Source of the DNA: an uncultured Chloroflexia bacterium
GTDB taxonomy: Bacteria > Chloroflexota > Limnocylindria > Limnocylindrales > CSP1-4
Direction of reading: 5' to 3'
Assembly: GCA_963742075.1 (NCBI GenBank)
Contig: CAVUKR010000012.1
Location: 7,237-71,236 of the forward strand
DNA length: 64,000 nucleotides
The position numbers and the translations under genes are program-made. Shown here in pieces: positions 8,501-17,933 of this stretch. Position 1 is the first letter of the stretch, and each line of letters begins with the position of its first letter. The notes under the pieces were generated by a model. It was not told the origin of the DNA. It did not search any database and saw only the letters and a list, made by a program, of their open reading frames with translations.

Positions 8501-10143
8501 GCGACGAGCGCTTGGTCGCCATCGAGGACGTGGCGCGCTATCGCGACGGCGTCGGGATCACCCCGCCGGTCGGGGTCCCGGCCGCGTTCCTTGGACCTGC
8601 CGTCGGGGCGCTGGACGGCCTCCTGTCGCGCTATGCCCGGACCCACGGCCCGTTCCTGACGCCCGATCCGGCCCGTCGCTGGGGTCTGCCGGTCGGGGTC
8701 GTCGGCGACGCCCTCGAGCGCCTGCTGGCCGCCGGCACCCTGCTCCGCGGCGAGTTCCGTCCGGGCGGCGCCGAGCGCGAATGGTGCGACCCCGAGGTCC
8801 TGCGGCTGCTGCGCCGCCGTTCGCTGGCGCGCCTCCGCCGCGAGGTCGAGCCGGTCGACCCGGCCGCGCTCGCCCGGTTCCTCCCCGATTGGCAGGGTGT
8901 CGCCGAGATCGGATCGACCCGGCCGCCCCTTCGCGCGACCGCGGCGCTCGAGCGGCTCGCCGAGGTCGTCGACCAGCTCGCCGGGCTGCCGATCCCGGCC
9001 TCGGTCCTCGAGCGCGACGTGCTCCCGTCTCGGCTCCCCGGCTATCAGCCGCGCATGCTCGACGAGCTGGGGGCGCTCGGCGAGGTCGCCTGGGTCGGGC
9101 GCGGCAGCCTCGGCCGCGACGACGGGCGGATCGCGCTGGTCCGGCCGGGTCGCGAGATCCTTCGCCCGGTCGGACCGCCGGACGGGTCGGCGCCGCCCGC
9201 GGAACCGCGCCACGTCGCCATCCGCGACCATCTCGCCAGCCGCGGGGCGTCCTTCTATCGCGAGCTCTTCACGGCGGCCCACGGGACATCTGACCGCGAG
9301 GTGCTCGACGCGCTGTGGGACCTGGTCTGGGCGGGCGAGGTCACCAACGACACGTTCGCCCCGCTCCGGGCGCTGCGCTGGAAGCGGACGGGGAGTGGGG
9401 CTCGGCGCGCCGGCGGGCGGCCGGGACGGCTGACCGCGCTCGGTCCGCCGGAGGCCGCCGGTCGCTGGTCGCTGGTCGCCCCGGACGCCGCACCGGCCAG
9501 TGCCACCGAACGGCTCCACGCCCAGAGCCTGGCACTCCTCGACCGGCACGGCGTCCTGACCCGCGAGGCCGTCGCGACCGAAGGGATCGAGGGCGGGTTC
9601 GCCGCCGTCTACCCGGTGCTGCGCGCGATGGAGGATGCCGGCCGGATCCGGCGCGGCTACTTCGTCGACGGCCTCGGCGCGGCGCAGTTCGCCCTGGCCG
9701 GGGCGCTCGACCGGCTGCGCGCCGTCCGTGACGCCGCGGATCCGGCGGCGACCGGCGCCGTCCACCTGCTGGCCGCCGCGGATCCCGCGAACCCGTACGG
9801 CGCGGCGCTCGCCTGGCCGCGGCGTGGCGAGACCGACCGGCGCCCGCTCCAGCGTGCCGCCGGCGCCTACATCGTGCTCGTCGATGGCGTCGCGGTCCTC
9901 TACCTCGAGCGCGGCGGGTCCTCGATCCAGACGCTCCCCGCGGCCGACGACCCGGCCGTGGCGGTCAGCGCGTTCCGTGCCCTCCATGCGCTCGTGGCCG
10001 ACGGGCGCGTCCGCGAGCTCGTCATCCGCAAGGTCGATGGCGAGGAGGTCGCGGCGTCCCCCCGGCGGCCGATGCTGCTCGAGGCGGGGTTCGTGGCCGG
10101 CTATCGCGGACTCGTCCTCCGCCCGCCACGATCCGGGCCCTAG
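5572..10143 (+). CDS. lhr: Lhr-type ATP-dependent SF2 helicase, long form with C-terminal winged-helix/AlkZ-like region
   Basis: APTGSGKT, DEVH, SAT, HHGS, ATSSLELGID, QRIGRAGH, GGTIPDRG; C-terminal RRGYFVDGLGAAQF and AADPANPYG; 1523 aa. Confidence 0.95.
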   Translation: MVTAAISDPLAPFSPAVRDWFQSSFEAPTEAQVRGWAAISSGHHTLVHAPTGSGKTLTAFLWTLDRLATHPSPTPTREHPGLVRVLYVSPLKALTYDIERNLRAPLTGIALAAERLGEPVPDISVASRTGDTAAEDRRQIARHPPDILITTPESLYLMLTSAAREVLRGVEHVILDEVHAIAGSKRGAHLALSLERLEALRDATPGTPPMQRIGLSATQRPLDAIARFLGGVGPGREVTIVDAGTRKPLDLQVIVPVDDMSAMGEVLPFDQQPGGPATSPDLRTSIWPAIHPRILELIRSHRSTIVFTNSRRLSERLAQRLNELAGEELVRAHHGSIAREQRVLIEEELKAGRLPALVATSSLELGIDMGAVDLVIQVESPTSVARGLQRIGRAGHQVGAPSKGVIFPKYRGDLLECAIVTRRMHEGAIETTQIPRNPLDVLAQQLVAMTVMDRWSVDDLLALAQRASPYETLTREVLEGVLGMLAGAYPSDEFAELKPRVVWDRVTDVVEGRRDARVVAVTSGGTIPDRGLFGVFMVGEAGTPGRRVGELDEEMVYELRAGMHGDVIVLGASSWRVEEIGHDRVTVSPAPGVPGKLPFWHGDAVGRPVELGRALGAFVGELEADMARGEKGRRAATVRLRETHDLDERAADNLLAYLDDEREATGALPTDKRIVVERFRDELGDWRLCILSPFGGRVHAPWSLALEARIRERLGLEVQTIWSDDGIAIRLPEGDAPLDGIEALLFPEPDELEDLVVGQLATSALFASRFRENAARALLLPRRRPGTRTPLWQQRQRSADLLAVASRYGSFPILVETYRECLSDVFDLPGLREILAGVARREIAVHGVETVRASPFAGSLMFDYVAAYMYDGDTPMAERRAGALTLDRDLLRELLGQEELRELLDPDALAGLELSLQALAEDRQASSLDGVHDLLRRLGDLSAAEVAARTEGGAAVAGPWLDELAGARRVVRTRIAGDERLVAIEDVARYRDGVGITPPVGVPAAFLGPAVGALDGLLSRYARTHGPFLTPDPARRWGLPVGVVGDALERLLAAGTLLRGEFRPGGAEREWCDPEVLRLLRRRSLARLRREVEPVDPAALARFLPDWQGVAEIGSTRPPLRATAALERLAEVVDQLAGLPIPASVLERDVLPSRLPGYQPRMLDELGALGEVAWVGRGSLGRDDGRIALVRPGREILRPVGPPDGSAPPAEPRHVAIRDHLASRGASFYRELFTAAHGTSDREVLDALWDLVWAGEVTNDTFAPLRALRWKRTGSGARRAGGRPGRLTALGPPEAAGRWSLVAPDAAPASATERLHAQSLALLDRHGVLTREAVATEGIEGGFAAVYPVLRAMEDAGRIRRGYFVDGLGAAQFALAGALDRLRAVRDAADPAATGAVHLLAAADPANPYGAALAWPRRGETDRRPLQRAAGAYIVLVDGVAVLYLERGGSSIQTLPAADDPAVAVSAFRALHALVADGRVRELVIRKVDGEEVAASPRRPMLLEAGFVAGYRGLVLRPPRSGP

Positions 10144-10965
10144 TGCCCGAAGGCGACACGCTCTTCCGGACCGCCGCCGGGCTCCGGCCGTACCTCGTCG
10201 GCCGGACCGTCACCGCGGCACGGACCGGCGGTCCGGGCGCAGTCCCGCAGGTGGCTCGCATCGTGGGTCGCGAGATCGTCGCGGTCGAGGCGCTCGGCAA
10301 GAACCTGCTGATCCGGTTCGAGGGCGGGCTCGAGATCCGGACCCACCTGCGGATGAACGGCTCGTGGCACCGCTACCGGCCCGGCGAGCCGTGGCGACGA
10401 CCGGCGGCCCGGGCGCGTCTCGTCCTCGAAGTCCCGGGCGCGGTCGCCGTGTGCTTCGATGCGCCGGTCGTCGAGCTCCTCGAGCAGCGGGCGGAGTCGC
10501 TCCACCCGTCGCTCGGACGGCTCGGTCCCGACCTGCTCGCCCCTGCTTTCGACGGTCGAGGCGGCCGTTCGCCGGCTGCGCGACCCAGCCCGCGCCGGGA
10601 CGGCGATCGGCGAGGCCCTCGTCGACCAGCGGGCGCTGGCCGGCATCGGCAACGTCTACAAGAACGAGTGCCTCTGGATCGAACGTGTGTCGCCGTTCGT
10701 GACGGTGGCCGGGCTCGACGACGCGACGCTGGCGCGACTCGTGGACACAGCGCGACGCCTGCTGCTCGCCAATGCGGCGCCGACCCATGGCCCGGAGCGC
10801 ATCACCACGGACGGCGACCGCGGCGCACTCGGCCCGCTCTACGTCTACGGCCGGACCGGCCGCCCATGCCGGCGCTGCCGGACGGCGATCCGCAGCGCGA
10901 GGCAGGGCACCGACATCCCGCGCACGACGTGGTGGTGCCCGACCTGCCAGGTGGCGCCCGTCTGA
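10143..10965 (+). CDS. nei: Fpg/Nei family DNA glycosylase/AP lyase (one frameshift near 10555)
   Basis: N-terminal PEGDT, GKNLL, HLRMNGSW; second frame has DQRALAGIGNVYKNE (H2TH) and CxxC...WCPTCQ zinc finger. Confidence 0.9.
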
Positions 10966-11018
10966 TCGTCGCGGCACCGGGGAAGCGGAGACCGGCCCCT
11001 CACGTATCATCGCGCCCG

Positions 11019-11732
11019 ATGTGTGAGCACTTCATCGCCCGGGCCGCGACGCCGTTCCGACTCGATGCGCTGTGGCCGTTCACCGAACGGCTGGAGCGGT
11101 TCGGCATCGCCGGATTCGGCTGGGGCGCCGCCTGGGTCGACGGTCACGGGCGCCTCGCGTCGTACCGCGACGTCCGGGCGTTCCGCGACGATCCGGGGCG
11201 CGAGGCGGTCGGTGCGACCGAGACCGCTGTCGCCTTGATCCACCTCCGCCGGCCATCGCGGTTGTCGACCCTCACCTTCGAGGACACCCAGCCGTTCGAC
11301 GATCCGACCGGCCGCTTCGCCTTCAGCCACAACGGCGACCTGCACGACTACCGACGCCTGCGCACGGCCTACCGTGCGGACGGGCGGATCCACGGCCGGG
11401 CGGACACGGAGGTCGCCGCCCGCTGGCTCGAGGACGCATGGCACACGGACGAGCCCGTCGGGCACCTGCTCGGGGCGCTGCACGACCGGTTCGGCGGCCA
11501 GGCCAACCTCGCCGTGCTGGCAGCCGACGCGATCCCGTACCACTACGCGGGCAACGGCGAGAACCCGGTCTTCGCGATGCGGCTCGGCGCGATCGGCGTC
11601 GTGTCGACCGGGATCTACTCGCTCGACCGCTCGCTCTTCCGGTTCGTGGCACCCGGGGCGACCGCCCGGTCGCTGGTCCCGCTGCGAACGACGGTGCTGC
11701 TGGACCATGAGGGGGCGGTGGCCGCGGCGTAG
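11019..11732 (+). CDS. Class II glutamine amidotransferase (Ntn hydrolase) domain protein
   Basis: Met-Cys N-terminus, GFGWG, HLRRPS, DTQPF, FSHNG, DTE motifs. Confidence 0.8.
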   Translation: MCEHFIARAATPFRLDALWPFTERLERFGIAGFGWGAAWVDGHGRLASYRDVRAFRDDPGREAVGATETAVALIHLRRPSRLSTLTFEDTQPFDDPTGRFAFSHNGDLHDYRRLRTAYRADGRIHGRADTEVAARWLEDAWHTDEPVGHLLGALHDRFGGQANLAVLAADAIPYHYAGNGENPVFAMRLGAIGVVSTGIYSLDRSLFRFVAPGATARSLVPLRTTVLLDHEGAVAAA

Positions 11733-11822
11733 GATGGCGGACCTGGGATCCTGACCGACGCACAGTCACGACCCGCGCGGGAGCGGCGTCTCTCTGGTGA
11801 CCAGCAGTCACGGAGCCACAGG

Positions 11823-13163
11823 ATGACCGACGTGCCCACGCGGACACCCGAGCCCGACCTCGCGACCGGACGCCCGACCACGCGGCTGCCCAACCGGGAG
11901 CTTGTCCGGATCTCGCTCTACTGGCTCGGCCTGTCGTCGATCTTCGCGGGGCTCAGCTACATCATGGCCAGCCGGCTCGAGTTCACCGGCCTGGTCGACA
12001 AGGCCGGCGCCGGACGGGCGCTCTTCCTCGTCCTGATCAGCGGGGCGGTCATCGCCGCGATCGTCCAGCCCACGATCGGCTCGATCTCGGATTACACGAT
12101 CTCGCGCTGGGGCCGTCGCAAGCCGTACATCTTCATCGGCTCGATCCTCGATCTCGTCTTCCTCATCGGCATCGCCTACAGCAACACGCTCGTCGCGATC
12201 GCCGCGTTCATCGCCCTCCTCCAGTTCAGCTCGAACTTCGCGCAGGGTCCGTTCCAGGGCTACGTCCCGGATCTCGTGCCGGCGCCGCAGGTCGGGACCG
12301 CCAGCGCGCTCGTCGGGCTGATGCAGGTGCTCGGCGTCGTGTCGGGCTATTCGATCGGTGCGCTGGCGGCCGCCGCGCACCAGTACCAGATCGGCCTCAT
12401 CGCGCTCGGCGTCCTCGAGGTCGCCACGATGCTGTCGGTCGTCGTCCGGGTCCGCGAGGGACCACCGCCCAAGTCGCGCGAAGGCCGGCCCTGGCGCTCG
12501 ATCGCCGCCGAGGCGTGGGGCACCGACATCCTGCGCGAGCACAGCTTCCTGTGGCTGGTCGCGTCGCGGCTCGCGATCCTGATGGGCGGATCGGTCCTGA
12601 CCAGCCTCGCGGTCTTCTACCTGGCGCGCACGATGGGCCTGAACGAGCACGATTCGGGCATCGTCTTCATCCCGCTCGTGGCGCTGGTCGCCCTCGGGAC
12701 GGTCGCCTCGGTCGTGCCGGCCGCCAGGATCTCGGATCGGGTCGGGCGCAAGCGCGTCATCTGGGCGAGCTGCGCCGTCAGCGCCACCGGGCTCGCGATC
12801 GTGGCGAGCGCGCCGAACCTGCCGATCGCCTTCGTCGGCGCGCTCCTGTATGGCATCTCCGCCGGGATGTTCCTGGCGGTCGATTGGGCGCTCATGACCG
12901 ACATCATCCCGAAGGCCTCGTCAGGGCGGTACATGGGGCTCTCGAACGTGGCGACAGCGTCGGCCGGCGTCCTGGCGGTCGCGGTCGGCGGAACGCTCAT
13001 GGACCTGGTCGGTGGGCCGGGCCTCGACCCATCGGGGCCCCGCGCCGCGCTGTGGATGTCGGTCGTCCTGATCGGCCTCGGCGCGCTCCTCCTGCGGCCG
13101 GTCGACGAACGACGCCGCGAGGAGGCGGCGGCGGGCGCGACCGCTGTCCCCGCGTTGACCTAG
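11823..13163 (+). CDS. MFS transporter
   Basis: About 12 TM segments; GSISDYTISRWGRRKP and ISDRVGRK motif A repeats. Confidence 0.9.
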   Translation: MTDVPTRTPEPDLATGRPTTRLPNRELVRISLYWLGLSSIFAGLSYIMASRLEFTGLVDKAGAGRALFLVLISGAVIAAIVQPTIGSISDYTISRWGRRKPYIFIGSILDLVFLIGIAYSNTLVAIAAFIALLQFSSNFAQGPFQGYVPDLVPAPQVGTASALVGLMQVLGVVSGYSIGALAAAAHQYQIGLIALGVLEVATMLSVVVRVREGPPPKSREGRPWRSIAAEAWGTDILREHSFLWLVASRLAILMGGSVLTSLAVFYLARTMGLNEHDSGIVFIPLVALVALGTVASVVPAARISDRVGRKRVIWASCAVSATGLAIVASAPNLPIAFVGALLYGISAGMFLAVDWALMTDIIPKASSGRYMGLSNVATASAGVLAVAVGGTLMDLVGGPGLDPSGPRAALWMSVVLIGLGALLLRPVDERRREEAAAGATAVPALT

Positions 13164-14101
13164 CCGCGCGCCGGCCTCGTCCGCCTCGCGGCGAGCCAGG
13201 CCCGGGCATCCGCGCCCCATCTCCGCCAGGTGGCCGGCCTGAGGAAGTCGAACGGGTCGGCCTTCCGGTAGAACCACGGAACGGTCGCCCAGATATAGAC
13301 GATGAAGTCGAGCCGGACCGGGCGCGCCCCGAACCCGAACAGCGCCTGGAGCTGGATGATCGTGAGCGGCAGCGTGAGCAGGCTCAGGCCGACCGACACG
13401 GCCAGCCAGAACAGGCCCCAGGGCCGGGTGCGGCGGGGCAGGATCGGCAGGAAGACGACCGGCACCCACTTCATCCACGTGGCGAGCGCCCACAGCAGGC
13501 CGCCGAGTCGCGGCCCCGCGAACTGCGCCGCCCAGAGCATCAGCGTCAGCTGGAGGTTGATGTTCCCGGTGTCGAGGTTCGCCCCGAACGGGAAGGCGAG
13601 GACGGCCACGATGATCGCGGTCGTGAGCGGCCGTCGCCGGTACGCCCAGTGGATCGTCCAGAGCAGCAGCAGGATCGTCCCGACCCGCCACACGAACCAC
13701 GCGACGTCCCACGGCAGGATCGCCCACGGCGCGAACAGCGGCAGCATCCACGGCGCGTAGACGTACGGCAGGAACGGGCCCGTCGGGTGGTACGGGTCGC
13801 CGCCGTTGAGCCAGATCCGGACGCCGGCCCAGTACGCCCGGGCGTCGGCGCCGCCGGCCTCGCCGCGGGCGATGAGCCCCGACAGGACGATCGCGAAGGT
13901 GAGGCTGAGCAGGAGGATCGCGGCGATCCGGCGCGGGTCGCGCAGGCGGGATACCTCGCGGCGGAGCGCCCGCCGGAAGACCCCGGCCCGTCGGCGCGTG
14001 CCCCGATCGACGACGTCGGACAGGTCGATGCGGATGCGCCCGCGACCGCGGGCCGAGCCCGGGACGGGCTGGAGACCGGGTGGTGGCGGGGCGTCCGTCA
14101 T
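13160..14101 (-). CDS. GT87/DUF2029-like membrane glycosyltransferase
   Basis: DARAYW, GDPY, PYVYAPW, GNIN and MKWVP motifs with multiple TM helices. Confidence 0.75.
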   Translation of the reverse strand: MTDAPPPPGLQPVPGSARGRGRIRIDLSDVVDRGTRRRAGVFRRALRREVSRLRDPRRIAAILLLSLTFAIVLSGLIARGEAGGADARAYWAGVRIWLNGGDPYHPTGPFLPYVYAPWMLPLFAPWAILPWDVAWFVWRVGTILLLLWTIHWAYRRRPLTTAIIVAVLAFPFGANLDTGNINLQLTLMLWAAQFAGPRLGGLLWALATWMKWVPVVFLPILPRRTRPWGLFWLAVSVGLSLLTLPLTIIQLQALFGFGARPVRLDFIVYIWATVPWFYRKADPFDFLRPATWRRWGADARAWLAARRTRPARG

Positions 14102-14185
14102 GTCGGCGCATTCTCGCACGGCGGTTCGTGGCGCCCCGGGTCCGCTATCCTCTCGCGAGGCGCTCGTTGGGGGTTAGGTACACCT

Positions 14186-15025
14186 GTGGCCGATGGAACC
14201 GTCATCATCATCGGCGGTGCGGAGGACAAGGTTCGCGACCGCGTCATCCTGAGCCGCTTCGTCGCGCTGGCCGGCGGGTCGGACGCGACGATCGCGGTCA
14301 TCAGCACGGCGTCCTCGCTCGGCCTCGAGGCGGGCGAGCGCTACCGGGCGGTCTTCGGCGAGCTGGGCGTCAAGCACGTCCGCCCGCTCCACGCCGTCAC
14401 CCGCCCGCAGGCCAACGACGAGACGGCCGTCCTCGCGGTCCACGACGCGACCGGCATCTTCCTGACCGGCGGCAACCAGCTGCGGCTGTCGTCCACCATC
14501 GGCGGGACGCTGCTGGCGGACGCGATCCTCGACCGTTTCCAGCACGGCGCGGTCGTCGCCGGCACGTCGGCGGGGGCGTCGGCGATGTCGAGTCACATGA
14601 TCGCGTTCGGGACGTCCGGCGCGACGCCCAAGCACCGGATGGCCCAGATCGCGGCGGGGCTCGGCGTCCTCCCTGGCGTCATCATCGACCAGCACTTCCA
14701 GCAGCGGAACCGGCTCGGCCGGCTGCTGAGCCTGATCGCCCAGAACCCGAGCCTGCTCGGCCTCGGGGTCGACGAGGACACGGCCGGCGTGGTCGGTCCC
14801 GATCACGTCATGGAGGTCATCGGCCGCGGGTCGATCACGGTGGTCGACGGCTCGCGCTCGGAGACCGACGCCTGGGAGGTCCACGGCCACCGCCCGCTGA
14901 TGATCAGCGGTGTCGTGCTGCACTCGTTGCCGGCCGGCTACCGCTTCGACCTGCGGCGGCGCGAACGCGTCGCGGCGCCGACCCTCCACGCACTTCCGGG
15001 CGGCGAGGCCGCCGCGTCCAGCTAG
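14186..15025 (+). CDS. cphB: Cyanophycinase
   Basis: IIGGAEDK, TGGNQLRL, GTSAGA (catalytic Ser), IDQHF, RLGRL, GVDEDT. Confidence 0.93.
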   Translation: MADGTVIIIGGAEDKVRDRVILSRFVALAGGSDATIAVISTASSLGLEAGERYRAVFGELGVKHVRPLHAVTRPQANDETAVLAVHDATGIFLTGGNQLRLSSTIGGTLLADAILDRFQHGAVVAGTSAGASAMSSHMIAFGTSGATPKHRMAQIAAGLGVLPGVIIDQHFQQRNRLGRLLSLIAQNPSLLGLGVDEDTAGVVGPDHVMEVIGRGSITVVDGSRSETDAWEVHGHRPLMISGVVLHSLPAGYRFDLRRRERVAAPTLHALPGGEAAASS

Positions 15026-15036
15026 CGGAGGATCCC

Positions 15037-17898
15037 GTGACCGACACCGTGGCCGGCTCCGCGTCCGCAGCCCGCACCAAGCGCGGGTCCCGCCGCGCGG
15101 CACCGACGCCTGCCGCCGGGCCTGCACCGACCCTGCGGATCCTCGAGACACGGGTCCTGCGCGGTCCCAACTACTGGGCTCGCGAGCCGGTCATCCGGCT
15201 CCTGGTCGATCTCGGCGTCCTTGAGCAGTACCCCTCCAACCTGCTGCCGGACTTCAACGACGCGCTGATCGCGCTCCTGCCGACGCTCGAGGACCACGCC
15301 TGCTCGCTCGGCCGGCGCGGCGGCTTCATCACCCGCCTGCGGGACGGGACGTGGGCCGGCCACATCGCCGAGCATGTCGCGCTCGAGTTCCAGAACCTGG
15401 CCGGCACCGACGTCCGGCACGGCAAGACCCGGGCCGCGGGCCCGCCCGGCCAGTACAACTGCATCTACGAGTACCGCGAGGAGGCGGTCGGGCTCGAGGC
15501 CGGGCGGATGGCCGTCGCCCTGGTCAACCATCTCGTCGCCCCCGACGACCCCGACGTCTTCTTCGACTTCGCGCCCGAGATGGAGCGGCTCATCCGGCTG
15601 GCCGAGCGGCAGGCCTTCGGCCCGTCCACGCAGGCGCTCATCGACGAGGCGGTCAGCCGCGACATCCCGTTCATCCGGCTCGACCGACACTCGCTGGTCC
15701 AGTTCGGCCACGGTGTCCACCAGCAGCGCATCCGGGCGACGATGACTTCGCTCACCTCGGCGATCGGCGTCGACGTGGCGTCGGACAAGAGCCTGACCAA
15801 CCGGCTGCTCGACTCGGCCGGGCTGCCCGTCCCGCGCGCCGAGGTCGTCGACAATGAGGACGCGGCGGTCGCGTCGGCTCGCCGGCTCGGCTACCCGTGC
15901 GTGGTCAAGCCGCTCGATGGCAACCACGGGCGCGGCGTCCACCTCGACCTCCGGTCAGAGGACGCGGTCCGCGCGGCGTTCCACGGGGCGGTCGCCCAGA
16001 GCAGGGCGGGGGACGTCGTGGTCGAGACCTACGTGGCCGGCAACGACTACCGCTGCCTGGTCATCGGCGGAAAGGTGGCGGCCATCGCCGAGCGCGTGCC
16101 GGCGTCGGTGACCGGCGACGGCGAGCACACGATCATGGAGCTCGTGGACATCGCCAACAGCGACCCGCGACGCGGGATCGGCCACGAGAAGGTGCTGACC
16201 CGGATCAAGGTCGACGAGGCGGCCGAGGCGCTCGTGCGCGCCCAGGGCCACGAGATGGACGAGGTCCTGCCGCCCGGGACGTGGGTCAAGCTCGCGCTGA
16301 CCGGCAACATGTCCACCGGCGGGACGTCGATCGACCGGACCCTCGAGGCGCACCCCGACAACGTCGAGATCGCCGAGACCGCGGCACAGATCGTCGGGCT
16401 CGACGTCGCCGGGATCGACTTCATCTGCCCGGACATCGCCACCCCGGTCCGCGAGACGGGCGGCGCGATCGTCGAGGTCAACGCCGCGCCCGGCTTCCGG
16501 ATGCACACCCACCCGACCGAGGGGGAGCCCCAGTACGTCGCCCGGCCGGTCATCGATTCGCTCTTCCCGGCCGGCTCCTCTGCGCGGATCCCGATCGTGG
16601 CCGTGACCGGCACCAACGGGAAGACGACGACGGTCCGGATGATCGCGCACATCCTCAAGCTGATGGGCCGCCGCGTCGGGATGACCTCGACGGACGGCAT
16701 CGTGATCGACGGCCGGCTGATCAAGAAGGGCGACATGTCGGGGCCGAAATCGGCGCTGATGGTCCTCCAGAACCCGACGGTCGATACCGCGGTCTTCGAG
16801 GTCGCGCGAGGCGGGATCCTGCGCGAAGGCCTCGGCTACGACCGCAACGACGTCGCCGTCGTGACCAACGTCACGGGCGACCACCTCGGTCTGGGCGGCA
16901 TCGATTCGATCGGCCAGCTGGCCAACGTCAAGGGGGTCGTCGTCGAGGCCGTCCCGCGGTCTGGGACCGCGGTCCTCAACGCCGACGACGGCCACGTCTA
17001 CCGGATGGGTCGCCACTGTGCCGGCCGGGTCGTCCTGTTCAGCATGGCCACCACCAAGGGCGAGGACGGCTACGACCGGGTCGATGGTCACACGAGCCGC
17101 GGTGGCGCCGCGTTCTGCCTCGAGGCGACCAACGAGGGTGAGCTCATCGTCCTCCGCCTCGGGTCGCGGACGATGCCGGTCCTGTACACCCATCTCATCC
17201 CGGCGACGTTCGGCGGCCGGGCGCGGATGAACGTCGCGAACGGGCTCGCCGCGGCGGCCGCGGCGTGGTCCGCGGGCGCCCACCTCCACGACATCCGGCA
17301 GGGCCTGCGGACCTTCTCGACGTCGTTCTTCCAGGCGCCCGGGCGGCTCAACCTTGTCGAGGTGGGCGGGGTCCGCGTCGTCATCGACTACTGCCACAAC
17401 GTGGACGGCATGCGTCAGCTGGCCGACTTCGTGAGCCGGATGATGCTCGAGACGCCGACCAAGTCCGGCCGGCTCGGGGCCGCCGCGACGGGCGTCCGAT
17501 CGGGGCGGGCGATCGGGGTCATCGGGATCCCGGGCGATCGGCGCGACGAGGACCAGCGCCAGTACGGCGCGATCGCGGCCGGCGCCTTCGACGAGATCAT
17601 CGTGCGCGAGGACAAGAACCTTCGCGGGCGCGTGCCCGGCGAGAGCGCGGGCAACGTCATCGAGGGGGTCCGCGAGGCGAAGGCCGACGGGACCGGACGG
17701 GCGGCCCGCTCGGAGAAGGTCCTCGACGAGATGACCGCGGTCCGCGCGGCCCTGCGCCGGGCCATCCCGGGCGACCTCGTCGTCTGCTGCGTCGACGACG
17801 CGATCGGGGTCTATCGCGAGGCCATGGCCGCGGCGGGCACCACGCGCGGCGGGACGGCGTTCGCCGACCCGGGCGAACTCGAGGCACCGGAGGGCTGA
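15037..17898 (+). CDS. cphA: Cyanophycin synthetase CphA1 (N, ATP-grasp and Mur-ligase domains)
   Basis: LRGPNYW, Cx19HxxEH (CSLGRRGGFITRLRDGTWAGHIAEH), FGPST, KPLDGNHGRGV, NMSTGG, EVNAAPG, GTNGKTT, ARGGILR, PGRLN, DYCHN; GTG start with RBS. Confidence 0.95.
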   Translation: MTDTVAGSASAARTKRGSRRAAPTPAAGPAPTLRILETRVLRGPNYWAREPVIRLLVDLGVLEQYPSNLLPDFNDALIALLPTLEDHACSLGRRGGFITRLRDGTWAGHIAEHVALEFQNLAGTDVRHGKTRAAGPPGQYNCIYEYREEAVGLEAGRMAVALVNHLVAPDDPDVFFDFAPEMERLIRLAERQAFGPSTQALIDEAVSRDIPFIRLDRHSLVQFGHGVHQQRIRATMTSLTSAIGVDVASDKSLTNRLLDSAGLPVPRAEVVDNEDAAVASARRLGYPCVVKPLDGNHGRGVHLDLRSEDAVRAAFHGAVAQSRAGDVVVETYVAGNDYRCLVIGGKVAAIAERVPASVTGDGEHTIMELVDIANSDPRRGIGHEKVLTRIKVDEAAEALVRAQGHEMDEVLPPGTWVKLALTGNMSTGGTSIDRTLEAHPDNVEIAETAAQIVGLDVAGIDFICPDIATPVRETGGAIVEVNAAPGFRMHTHPTEGEPQYVARPVIDSLFPAGSSARIPIVAVTGTNGKTTTVRMIAHILKLMGRRVGMTSTDGIVIDGRLIKKGDMSGPKSALMVLQNPTVDTAVFEVARGGILREGLGYDRNDVAVVTNVTGDHLGLGGIDSIGQLANVKGVVVEAVPRSGTAVLNADDGHVYRMGRHCAGRVVLFSMATTKGEDGYDRVDGHTSRGGAAFCLEATNEGELIVLRLGSRTMPVLYTHLIPATFGGRARMNVANGLAAAAAAWSAGAHLHDIRQGLRTFSTSFFQAPGRLNLVEVGGVRVVIDYCHNVDGMRQLADFVSRMMLETPTKSGRLGAAATGVRSGRAIGVIGIPGDRRDEDQRQYGAIAAGAFDEIIVREDKNLRGRVPGESAGNVIEGVREAKADGTGRAARSEKVLDEMTAVRAALRRAIPGDLVVCCVDDAIGVYREAMAAAGTTRGGTAFADPGELEAPEG

Positions 17899-17933
17899 CC
17901 CGCCGCCGGCCCGGCGGTGGTCGGGCTCGGGTC

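Noticed and set aside
6508-9987. Very long antisense ORFs (e.g. 1159 aa opposite lhr; also opposite hppA and lysS/serS)
   Set aside because: Expected from GC3-biased codon usage on the sense strand; no recognisable motifs.
10143-11732. Nei-amidotransferase fusion (529 aa)
   Set aside because: Caused by the nei frameshift; the GATase needs an N-terminal Cys and has its own -10 box and ATG at 11019.
12515-15036. Long N-terminal extensions on CphB, CphA and similar ORFs (GGT, PanC, MUG)
   Set aside because: Arg/Pro/Gly-rich read-through of shadow frames in GC-rich DNA; real starts are supported by motifs, RBS or -10 boxes.
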